64,000 bases of DNA from Tubulanus polymorphus (Eukaryota > Animalia > Nemertea). Under the pieces are notes generated by a model. The model searched no databases and was not told where the DNA came from. It worked only from the letters and a program-made list of their open reading frames with translations. The translations under genes and the position numbers were made by a program. This document shows, one piece after another, positions 52,301 through 64,000 of this stretch. Each line of letters starts with the position of its first letter. Position 1 is the first letter of the stretch. Location of the stretch: assembly GCF_964204645.1 (NCBI RefSeq), contig NC_134026.1, positions 26,260,150 through 26,324,149 of the forward strand, written 5' to 3'.

Positions 52301-53159
52301 AATTACCAAATTATGAAAATCATGTAAGTAACTTGGAGATGACTTGACAATTTGCTTTTGAATGTTTGAAAGATAATGATTTACCATAATATTCATCACC
52401 GATGTAGATGTCTTTCGCGAGATTTGGGTAAATTTGGATGAGTCTTTTAGCAAGATTTATGTGAAGTGATGATCCATTCAATAAACATAAATGCAAGATT
52501 GTTTCACCAACAGTCCCGCGCTTGTCTATATCCCAACAACAGAATCTGTATTTATCGGCTAGGAAAGAAATGATAATAATCGTTTATGTTAACGAATGGA
52601 AAAATTTAACAAATTTGAATATTTCTTCTAATATAAGCCCATATCTATATAAAACATTACCATCTTCAGGATATTTATATTTCATAGACGTCATCAGCTC
52701 TTCTTTATCATGAGCGCTTAAAACTCGATGCAACATTCTTGGATTATTGACAGATGCTTGTATTTTACGTATTGACTGTCCAGCCCTTGATCTCGATGAT
52801 CCAGAAACAAGTAGACCACGCGGTCGGGAATAAAACTCATTCAATGACTTCTCGTCGATTTCATTTCCTGATTCGAATTTTGCCAGACGGCTGATCAATT
52901 TACTTCTTTCAGAGCGACGCCTCGTCACAAGCTCGGTCTTTTCAATAAGTCGCCCTTTACCTCCGTAATATAGATAGGGTTGAACCTTCTGCTTAATTGC
53001 ATGATCAAGTTTAGTAAGATCTTTTGAAGCTATAGCCGTCTTTGCCAAATCAATCAACTCCCCACCACCTTCCAAATTAACCAATTTATACAAGGGTCTG
53101 GATTCAGCAACAGTTTGCTGTTTTACATTCGTTTTGATATGAGAATTCGTGGCTCCCAT
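49385..53159 (-). CDS. TRPV nanchung-like paralog 2 (divergent); multi-exon
   Basis: MGATNS...[25 protein letters not shown] and [14 protein letters not shown]. Intron positions correspond to copy 1. No frame breaks in the exons traced. Confidence 0.9.
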
Positions 53160-53565
53160 TATGGAATTTTCAATTTTTCTATGAAATTAAGTTGTTAGTC
53201 ATGATTTGAATACTTAAGATTATATCAAATTGTCAATATACACTATGATAGTGTTTGACACTTGGTAAATACAGCTGTTGTCGCGTATCCAATGACGCTT
53301 TGCCGACAGAGCCCTCTAGGTGTACATGATGTATGGTGGCTGGATTAGGCTATTCAATATAAACAGATGGCAGCAGTATACAATCATTTATGAATATAAA
53401 CTCTGTAGCGGTTCATTGCTTTTTATTTAAACTATCAAATAAACAAAAATACATATCAATATACATATCAGTGCGATATACAACGCCAAAAGTAGATCAT
53501 AAGACTACCTGTACTTAGCATATCGTCAAATCTTTTTTGAATTTAAAAGAATAATTCTTATTCGA

Positions 53566-56500
53566 TTATTCTAGTCCCGGATTCAAATCTCCACCTGGTT
53601 GTTTACATATTTTCTCTTTTTTGTTCATCTACCTACAACAAACAATTTCACTGTGAAACTCTTGCTTATCTACCTACTACTATCATACACTGGACGGGTA
53701 CATACAGTTTTTCTCCATCTGACGAAGAAAAGACGACCATCCTTTGGATTTTCACTGGCTGGTATCGAATAAATCTGTTGCTCTTTCAGTCGACTCTTTC
53801 TACTTACTGTCAACTCCATCACAAGCACAACTTGAGACCACTGAATTATCATAAAACGGAAAAAATAATTTTACTTATGTGGTTTAACAAAAAAAAAAAA
53901 CTTGATCACAGAGTATTCCGGAAAACAGGCCCAGTTTTCAAAGTACCTATCAGATGCATCATTTTCCTGAATTTTACTAGATGTCCCCCTCAATCAAAAA
54001 GATAGACCCTCCAAACCTTGCTTCATTCAAACTTGACAGTTTGTACTTGTAATGACAAATAAAGAGTCACCTGTCTGAGCCATTCTCGATCAAGAACTTG
54101 GACACTGATGTATGTTCTAGCCATCATAGCGATTAACAAGTTGGTCAGTAAAATTGCAGTAAAAACCATATTAAACAAGAACACAGCCTTAAATGATAAC
54201 CAAAAAAGTTAAAGTTGATATTCAAGACAGTTTTTATCAGAAATCTAATGTTTCCAGCTACGCTAACCTTGGCTGCCAATTGATGCTGGGACTTTTCAAA
54301 CTCTTCATAAAAGTCTTGAAATTCATGCAATGATATGGCAAACATTGACACCAAAGCATTCAGGGGATGCCAGAAACTATTCGGAGGAGGAACCGACCGG
54401 AAACAGATATACAAAGCTGAAATAAGATGTAGAGAATCTATAATTTTGAAATATGTCAATGTTGAAATATTTCATGCTATGGACAATCAAGGTTTGTTAG
54501 ACTTACATTGAGAAAATCCAATCAAAAAGATGAGATAAATGATCATAAATCGTAGGATGTCACGACTTACAATCTTGTAGATCATGCTTACAAACGGACC
54601 AAAAACCTTGAAACCCCTTAATATGAAAGAAAGATGACTGCTAAATTAGATTTCGAAATGTGACTCTTTTAAGAAAACAATGAACGTCCTGTCAGTGCAT
54701 TACCGGCAAAAGAATAAGAAATGTGGAACGGTAAATAACACTGCTAGTGTAATCATCACATCTTCATAAGCAGCAGAACATGTAAACCGACCAGGTACAG
54801 ATAATATCACTAAAATACAACCGATCAGAAACATTGTCCTTGATGGAGCAAATATCTGAAAGATGAAAAATTGAAAAATAGTCATTTTTCAAACATTTCT
54901 TTCTACACAAAGAAGGAGCTGAAAAAATCTTACCAAGGTTCTGAAGAATAGGCGAGTAGACTGCATACACATTAGGATTAAAACATAGAAAACAGCACTA
55001 ACCGCAAAAAGTAGAGTTATGCATTCAAGAACAATTCTTGCCTGGAAAACATTAATTAAAGATATTTCACCACACTACTAGTTATTGAAACACTGTTATT
55101 ATTTTCATACCTACATAGTCAGTAGAATCAACTGCTTGTAAGAGATAACACTCATTCACTTTGGTGGTCGTTAAGTTAGTACCGTTTTGTACGAACGTTA
55201 CATTTGTTCGGTGTGGATCATTACTAGGACGCAGGCCAACAGCAACAAGGAAAACAATTGTGTACAATATAAACAAAATTAGTTGCACAACGAATCTGTA
55301 AAAACAACATCAGTGATTTGTAAAGATTTTCAAAGTTATATGTATTGCACACAGTTATAATAGATTAATGTTCAGACCTGAATTTGATGTAAGCGTTCCA
55401 TTTCTGTTCGAGAAGATCAATTACCATTCCATCATACATTTTCAAGTGATTTGGATCAGACTGGAAAATCAAACATTATGATGAAGCTCAAAGTTCACTA
55501 CACCCAAAAAAAATGATAATGTACAACTTACCCCATGCACAATTTTGTATAAAACTGAAGTACTATCAATCTCACCATTTATATCACAAGTATCTATACT
55601 TTTTAGTGGATATGTGGCACATGTCACTGAACCATAGTTCCATTGAATCCGTCTTGTGGTATCAATTATATGTCGATAAATCTGTAGAAATATTAGAAAG
55701 TCAAGCAACTGAAATCTCATTGAATCCTCAAACTGTAAATAATCAAACTTACCTCTAATTTACCCATATGAGCAGCTAATGATAGAGGGGTCATTCCTAA
55801 TCGATTACGAATTGTCAAACTGCCTCCCAGATCATGAAGTAAGTCAAACATATCCTAAAAATTATCAAAGATTTCTGGCTATAACAATTTAAATAGGTCC
55901 TATTGTTATAGTCATCAATCTAGATACAGGTAGATATTGTTATTAGATTAATTCAAATTTTACTTAAACCAATGATGATGTAAAGCATTTTTAAAGAGAG
56001 CTATGAGAACCTTTCTGTTATATATGACACTCATGTGAAGTGCTGTGTTGCCATTCATATCTTGTCTATCGAGTTCAGCTCCATGGGCAACTAAAAGACG
56101 CACACATTCTTGTAATCCGAGTGAGGCAGCAAAACTCAACGGATATTCACCAAAATAAACAAATCTACATGATAAACATCAACACAATATAATCATTAAT
56201 ACAGAAGAAATGTGCTTAGAGAGAAATAATAATTCAAATATGACCTTTTGAATTTGCGTTTATTAAATGTGATTAAACATGTAGTTATTACCCGCGATAG
56301 TTAGTTTGCAATGGAACTTGAATGGCTTCGCTATCAATGTAGTCATTGCGGTATGCTTTCTGGTCATCAGCACAGAAGAAATTTCCACATGCTCTGTCGT
56401 GGAGACCAGCTTTACATTCCAACAGCTTCTTCAATAGGGCAGGGTTCTCATTAACAATAGCCATATGCAGTGGGTTTTCACCTATGGATAGAAGAAAAAT

Positions 56501-57338
56501 TATATTGAAATACACTGAACAAAAATTATAATTCTCTATTGATAGAAAGATATTACCATAGTACTCATCTTTGATGTAAATGTCCATGGCAAGGTTAGGG
56601 AAATGTTCTACAAGTCTCTTAGCCAGATTTACATGTGTAGTAGATCCATTCAAACAGCAAAGATGAAAAATGGTTTCACCAACAGTTCCACGTTTATCAA
56701 TATCCCAACAACAAAAGCGATACAAGTCATCTAAGAATATACGGGTGTATTGAAATGTGAAATGACAAGATTGATACATACAAGTATCACTATTTGAAAA
56801 AGAACATATACTTACTATCTTCCTGTTGTTTTTGGCGTACTTGTGTTTGACTATCACCTCTATAAAACTTTTTTAACATACTGGAATCTTTAGCAAATAT
56901 ACTCTCTTGTCTGCGCATTGCTAGATTACTGCCTGGTGTTAGTGGTAGCTTCATCGTCTGTCCGTAAGATTTCTGTGCTTGAGAACTGACAATAAGACCT
57001 CGCGGTCGTGAGAAATATTCCAGAATTTCTTCATCTTCTTCTTCACGAGGATCGTGTGTAGCTAATTTCTCATAGATTCTTGTTCGTTCATCACGTCGTC
57101 CTTCGACTAATTTAGATTTAAGAATCATCTTACCCTTTCCACCTCGGTACAAATAAGGTTTTACTTTAGTCAAGATAGCGTCGTCAAGTTTTGAATAGTC
57201 ATTAGTTGACAATGCATCCTGCATTAACGTAACAAGTTCTCCAGTGCCCCCTAAATTCACCAAACTATATAATGGTCTAGATTCATTTTGGATCTGTTTC
57301 TTAACTCCAGTATTGATTGAAGTATTTGTATTCCCCAT
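53566..57338 (-). CDS. TRPV nanchung-like paralog 3 (divergent); multi-exon, last-exon acceptor ambiguous (stop at ~53603 or 53566)
   Basis: [67 protein letters not shown] and WLRQWS. Confidence 0.9.
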
Positions 57339-58983
57339 TTTGCAGCAATAAATTGTTCAGCCAAATGACTTCACAATACTGTCACTAGCACAAGTAAACC
57401 ACACAACATATTTGACGTATCTACACATATACCGGTAGGTAGGTCACATAGGAAAGTGAAAACTGGTTTTCTATGAAACTTTATCTCACTCATGCATTCC
57501 ATTGAAATAAGCACAATTTCTTAACTCGAATTTTTATTAATTTTCTTTACACTTTAATACAAATAAATAAATCACTACATATGTGTTAACATGGTTGAAT
57601 CTCCAAAGATTAAGTTTGCCTTGCAAATTATTATTAATTTCACATCATATTTTTTGCAGTCCATTTTATTAGCATTCTACAGCAAAACAAGCCAGACTGG
57701 ACGTTAAAATAAAAGTGTACACAAAGAATTCATTTTGAATCACCATACTTAAAAATAAACATCATAATACAATAAAAGTCTGTAATTCGAAGGTTTTCTC
57801 ACTAAATTAGATCAGTATTTGCTATTGCTTTGAAATAATCAAACCTTTTTACCACCAATGGTTCCGACAAACAGGCTGGTTAACAAATCTTGAATACTAA
57901 TAAGCTGATCTAATGTTCTTGACAAAATAAATAGAATATGCCTGGCTATAATACTGATATGACAAAGATCTAGGAATCGCGATGGTAAAATCAATTAGAA
58001 ATTTACCTCAAAGAGAATAACATAATAGTATATATGTAGTACAGGAAATGTGAAGCTACTCTTATATCTTGGTTTTAAATGATCATTTTTATTAGTGATA
58101 AAAATTGAAAAGCCGATTAGAGAGATATATATTCAGGCGGTGATGTTAGGTCTTTAACATTTATACACCCAGAAATTGTTCCATCAGGCAGATGATACTG
58201 TAATAACAATATCACAGTCAATACTATTGCCACAACATTGAATATTTTAATTTTCTTTCATTTCTAGTTTCAATATCATTAAATTCAATAAAACTCCAAT
58301 CATTTTCTATATTTCGAAAATAACATTCAAAATACGTAAGCCAAAAGCAGTAGCAAATCAGGGCTGTTTTGAAAGAGTCGTAATGTTTTTAACAAAATAA
58401 AAATGAATTTAATAAGGAAACTATAATAAAACAAAAACAGCAACCAGTAACCTGAAACAGCTAGAAATTAGTCATCTGCAAGCCTGAATGAACATTTCCC
58501 TTCATTTCTGAAACAACCAAATAATATTGTAGGAATGTTAGGTTAAAACGAGCATGAGTTTCATGGTAAATTTCACAACTAAAAGCGGCATCCAAACACG
58601 TTATTGAAAGAAACCTTGAATATGAACACATGTGTGAAGTATATCTTATCAACTGTGCACATCAGGTTAGCAAATAGAAACAAACAGAAACGATCCAAAA
58701 TAATGTATATACATAAGTTAAGGGTGTCCCAAAATGTGAAATGAAAATAAAAGGTTTTTAGTTTTTAACGAATCTAAATTTCAAGAGCATTTAGGTTGAT
58801 AAATAGTGAAATTGGTGTCAGATGAATGTGTGTTAAATCAAATTAAAAAATCGATAGAAAAAAGTAAAATGGAAAAAATAAATTATTGTTTCAACGAGGT
58901 GAAAAAAATCAATTAATGTTTACAATTATTTGATCACATTGGTGCCAGTTGGGTACAACGATATATTTTTGCGTCAAAATTCC

Positions 58984-60580
58984 TCAACTATTATTGACCG
59001 AAGACGGGTCGAAAATGATCACTTGGACGACGAACCCTTTCGGGATTTTACATTCGTCAATTGTCATCTTATTGCTAAGCAATCGTCCGGAAAAAAACCA
59101 ACGTTGAAAGCGCGGGTCGATGTTGAATTCGGCGTGCAATCTGCGTTTGATTTTCATCACAGTGTCGGTTGATCTTACAACTAGCTTTATGTCATTACTC
59201 GTCGTAGATAGGCGGAATTTGATTGGAATTTCGGTTCCCGTCGGTGGGCCGGATTCAGAGTCTGTAGCAGTGTCCGTATCACTAGATTCTTGAATTAAAT
59301 TAGCAGGTGCGCTAAGTACATAAACGGGTAATTGATAGCGATTTCCTAATTCATCGTAACAGTCCATAAGCGTACCTGAAAAATGTTACCCAATGAGTTT
59401 AAGAATTTGTCTCATCTAGGCCCTAAAATCTATTTCATTTTGTTTGGGATAGATTTTTTAAAATACTCCTCTTTTGAACACACCAGTGAAACTGCGCAGT
59501 CTGATCAAACCATAATTTTTTATCCATTATGCAATGTATAGAAGGATTGCTATAAACTCATTTGAATCAGGAAAAAAAAAACTTGTGAACTAAATAAACT
59601 TTAACAATATGCCTCCATGGCTACCATTCAAAATTATTTTCAAATCATCTTAAATCATAGTTTGATTATGATTGATTAGAGGTATGTGTCCAAAAGATTT
59701 AGTGAATTATCCTCAAAAATCAATCCCAAGATTAGATTGTAACATTTAATTAATCATAGCTCTACATACCGTTTGGTAAGGATATGCTAGCACCATCAAT
59801 AATAGCTTGGGCTAATGCATGGTCATTAGTCTCTAAAGCGTAAGCAGCAGCTTTAAGTGCATCCCAAATTTCTTTTCTTCCCTCGAACGCGGGTGCAGTA
59901 TCCCAAAATTCATCACGTTTACTGCGAAGCTGACCCTCGGTCAGCGGTACATCGCTGCGCCATTTCGGCTTCTCATGTTTGAGTGGTTGGTTTTTACCGA
60001 TAGTAACTGGAAAATAAAGATAGCTTTGAAACATCCATTCTTACTTATTATAAGGTTGCAAATGGTTAGCAATTATTCATAGGATATTATAGAAAGGGAG
60101 TGCAAGCGAGAAATCTTGTCGATGTTGTTATTAAATTTGTTGGAACGGTGGAGCCTCTAAGAACAGAGCTTTTACAATACACTGGCATTGGAAAACTGCT
60201 CCAGCCTCGGTACGATTATTGAGAGCCGTTTGAGGCCCTTTCTGTTCACCGATCGAAGAATTAGAATAGAATTTGAAAGAATTGGCGATATTGTAATGAA
60301 TACGGAAATCCTTGCTTGTAATTAATGCCAGGCAAGTAAACCTACAACAGATTTACAGATAACACTAACCCTTGGCCTTACTACATACTATACATGATAG
60401 TATATACATGACTTATTATAATGAATTTATGCTAGGCTACATAATAGTAGTAATAAAAAAGAAGGAAGTCAGGTCACCACTGCACAATACAGGATGAAAA
60501 TGGCGATATTTACCTGTCCCATCAGTTGAATCTGAAGCAGGGCCGTTTATATCTCTGGGAGAGCTTATGCACCCTCCCAT
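58984..60580 (-). CDS. UBTD2: Ubiquitin domain-containing protein (UBTD1/2, DC-UbP); 3 coding exons
   Basis: MGGC N-terminus (candidate acylation site), [62 protein letters not shown] and a C-terminal UBL domain. Confidence 0.95.
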
Positions 60581-60852
60581 ATTGACCTTTTATCTGCTAC
60601 AAAGTCGTCTCTAAACGTCCATGAAGCTTGATAGATTGAAAATGACAGATTGAGGAAAAAATTGTTCCAAGTCCATCTTACATACTCCGCCGTGAATACT
60701 TCTAATATAGTAGAAAAAAGTAGTCTTCTCCAGTTAAACCTAATAAAATCTATTAAAACAATTTAACACAACGTTTTTAATTTTTGAAGATTATTGAGAG
60801 AATATTACCAATCATTTTTGAGAATTACTTGCCATTCACTGCGGAATCAAAG

Positions 60853-63800
60853 ATGTCTGCGCCCATGGCGAAGGCCGATTTAGAAATTTTATTGAAAAAT
60901 GAGGATGGTAAAGGAATAGATCGCGTAACAAAAGGTAAACTGTTAAATAGAGAAAGTGCTAACGCTTCTGTATCGAATAGGATTTAAATGCACGCTTGTT
61001 TAATCATCAATTGTCTGTAAATGAACGCTAAACTGAAATTGAGGAGTTATTTTAGTTTGCATAACTGCCACCAATGGCGCCACGGGACGGTCTCATAGTT
61101 TGTACATGCATAGGTTCTATGGTGCATATAGGCAACTATCAAAAATTGCATATATTTTCAGACATACTGCAGTCGAAATTAACTTTAGTGGACCTGATAG
61201 AATCACTTGGAACCCACTTAACCAGTGAAGATGTAGAAATAAGAAAGAATGGGACAAAAGTTTTAGCTGATATTCTTCATCGTTTGCCGCACGATTTCAT
61301 CAAAGAAAGCGAATGTAAGTATAGAATTTTGCAGATCAAAGGCTGTTCTGTCTTGATTGTCAACTGAAAATAATCAAGTTTTTCATTTTAGCTGAACTTC
61401 TATGTACTTTTTTCCTGTCACGACTAAAAGATCACCATTCAATTACTCCTTCCATTCTTCATGGATTGAATGCACTTGTAAGTTTATAAATTATTAGGTT
61501 ATCAATTTTCATGAACTACAACTCAATCAATGTCATATGTTTTCAATTTTGCAATTCATTAGAGTACATTTGTGAATTTACCATATGATGCACCAAAGAA
61601 GATTTGTCAGGAGATATTTCGCGAAGTTCAAGCCCAATCGTTGCCACAAGCTGACCGAAGATCTATTTATAAACTCCTGTCTAACTTTCTGAATTTACAG
61701 ATTAATTGTAAGTCACAAAGTCACACAGTAAGTTTATTCAAGATGTATTGCATTACATTTAGTTATCATTCTGTGTGTTATTCATCTATTATAGGCCTTC
61801 AAACACTAGGAAGTGATTTTGTGTTTGGTTTTATCCAAGTGATGGATGGTGAAAAAGATCCCCGAAATCTGTCTATTGCCTTCAATCTAGTACCTAAGAT
61901 TATCAATAACTTTCCTATAGGTAATGACTTATAATCAGTCTTATTGAGACAGGAGCAAATTCTCTTTCTACTGAATTGATTTACTGGTGGTAATTTCTCT
62001 TTTACAGAAAATTTTGTTGAAGATTTGTTTGAGATCACATCATGTTATTTTCCAATTGATTTTAACCCTGTAAGTTTTTATATAAACACATACCGGTACA
62101 GGATGGTAATTCAAGGAGAAACATGATGAATTCAGATTTTTTTAAATTTCTAGCCTCCAAATGATCCGCACGGAATTACTAGAGAAGAACTTATTCTTGG
62201 GTTACAAAATTGTATGATAGCAACTGACAAATTTGCTGAGTATTGTTACCCACTTTTACTGGAGAAACTTTCATCCGATATACCCAGCTCAAAATTAGAT
62301 TCACTTCATACTTTAGTAAGTATAAAATGGGAGATAGTTTCGCCTTATTTTGTCTCGTGTTGGCTACAGATGTAATTTATTGATATTTTACAGACTGCTG
62401 GAGCTGCTGTTTATGGCTCTAAGTATTTACTGGAATACATAAATTCCATTGTTGGAATCATAAAAGCTGAGGTACGTTGTTTAAATTCATACTGTGCTAC
62501 TGAGTCAAAAATATCTCGTCAATGAAAAACATTTCATATTTTTCATATTTCAGGTTTTTGCTGCGTCGAGTGAGTCACTAGAAACTGCTTCTTTAAATGC
62601 TCTAACGGCAATTACAAAAACTCTTACAGATGATGTTAAACAGGTACAATCACCATGGGCTCGTATTTGAAGTTTGGGGGTGAATAGTAGATTAGATCAT
62701 CCAGTGTCCTAGGAAGTACTGGTATACCCCAGTATGTATATAAAAAGAAAAGGGTGGCAATTATATCCTTTGGATATCTTAAGAGTTACAGCCAATTTGA
62801 ATTATATCCTATGGATATTTTTAGAGTTATAGCCAATTTGACTCGAAGTATCTGGATACGAGTTGCCATCTTTTCTTTTTATATATATAGTACCTGGGAT
62901 ATGCTGGATGATTCACCCTCAATCATTAAATACGTGCCCCTGTAACAATCACCTACGGGTACATTTCAGAGATGTCAATTATTTACATGAGTGTTACTTC
63001 CTTAACAATCTGACCATGTTTATTATGATGCTATTTGAAATTTCAGGTGGATCATTCTTCTTTGAATGATTTCATACAGAACATATTTAAAGGTGAAGTA
63101 TGAGTGCTGGTATCATATTCTGTGTATATTACGGTAGTATGAATTACCAAAATAAATATATGATGAATCTTCTTTTTAGACTGTAAACGCCATTTATGTG
63201 AACCCGAACACAAACTTGTATTTCCCAGTGGAAAGCTATTACATGCTATTGCCAGTGCTTCAAAGACGGCATGTGAAAAGATCAGTGAACTGTCTGTGCC
63301 ATTATTATTGGAGCAGTTTCACAAACATCTCCAAGCTAATACTCGCAGAAATATTCTCAGTTTAATCATCGGCTTTATTAGAATATCAAATCAACACCAA
63401 CCAGATGGCTGTAAGTACTGAAGTGAACATATATAAGGCCCATTTTGTTCAAATACGTAATTGTTGAATTGAATCTTTACAGTTTCTATAATGCGTCCGT
63501 ATAGAGATGAATTACTGACTATATTTCTAACTCTATTGAGTGATATAAACTCACAACTGAGATGTCTAGCTATTACTGGAATGACTGGACTTGCTGCTCT
63601 GCATCATATGTTGTCGGAATCTGAAATGAGTGGTGTAGTCGACCAAATATTACAGAAATATCTCGTTGAAAATGATGTAAACGTACGGTAAGCTTTACTT
63701 ATAACATTGCTCTCTCACCACTTACCGTAACTGAGTGCTCATTTTGTAACATCGATGCTGTTTTTACAGTCAGGAGTGTATAACTAGTCTAGCTTTTGTT

Positions 63801-64000
63801 GGAGTTGAACAACCAATACTTATAATCAACCGAGTATTACCAGTGTTAGAGAAACAATTACAACAAGGTATTTTCAGCTTATCATAGCTTTATTTTCTAA
63901 TACTTGTCCTTAGTGTCTCAGTATAGGTGAATTGCTGATTAATTCTCTGCTGAATAGGTTGCAAAAAAAGTTCAAGTGTTGAACAATCTAGGGTACTAAG
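60853..64000 (+). CDS. MMS19: MMS19 cytosolic Fe-S assembly HEAT-repeat scaffold; multi-exon, 3' truncated by the window end
   Basis: LVDLIESLGTHLTSED, RLKDHH, EVQAQSLPQADR, FIQVMDGEKDPRNL, SCYFPIDFNPPPNDPHGIT and PLLLEKLSSD. Confidence 0.95.
62654..62942. mobile_element. Foldback MITE in an MMS19 intron
   Basis: Ends CATGGGCTCGTATTT / AAATACGTGCCCCTG with long imperfect arms (TATATAAAAAGAAAAGGGTGGCAA vs TTGCCATCTTTTCTTTTATATA). Flanks TACAATCAC / TAACAATCAC. Confidence 0.75.

Noticed and set aside
1-64000. U12/AT-AC introns, tRNA, rRNA or snoRNA genes
   Set aside because: All splice sites I traced were ordinary GT-AG and no RNA gene was recognisable by eye. A covariance-model search would be needed to exclude snoRNAs.

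Overview
This is AT-rich eukaryotic (invertebrate animal, probably lophotrochozoan) genomic DNA. It is gene-dense, with mostly 55-100 bp GT-AG introns. Gene order: GTF3C3(-, partial), PHETA/sesquipedalian(+), CCDC117-like(+), OSBP(-), MZT2(+), AACS(-), an SLC7 LAT-type amino-acid transporter(-), SPMIP5/C10orf82-like(-), three nanchung-like TRPV channels(+,-,-), UBTD(-) and MMS19(+, partial). The most striking feature is the SLC7 locus. It has three tandem, intact, divergent copies of coding exon 1 (N-terminus to TM4) and only one set of downstream exons. All three end in a phase-1 GTAAG donor that splices in frame to the single exon 2, which resembles the UGT1A/protocadherin variable-first-exon plus constant-exon design. 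Other points of interest are a nanchung TRPV expansion with altered pore loops, a candidate PH-less alternative N-terminus for OSBP, and several palindromic MITE families with 9-bp target-site duplications. Gene identities rest on recalled family motifs and hand-traced splicing, not on database searches.
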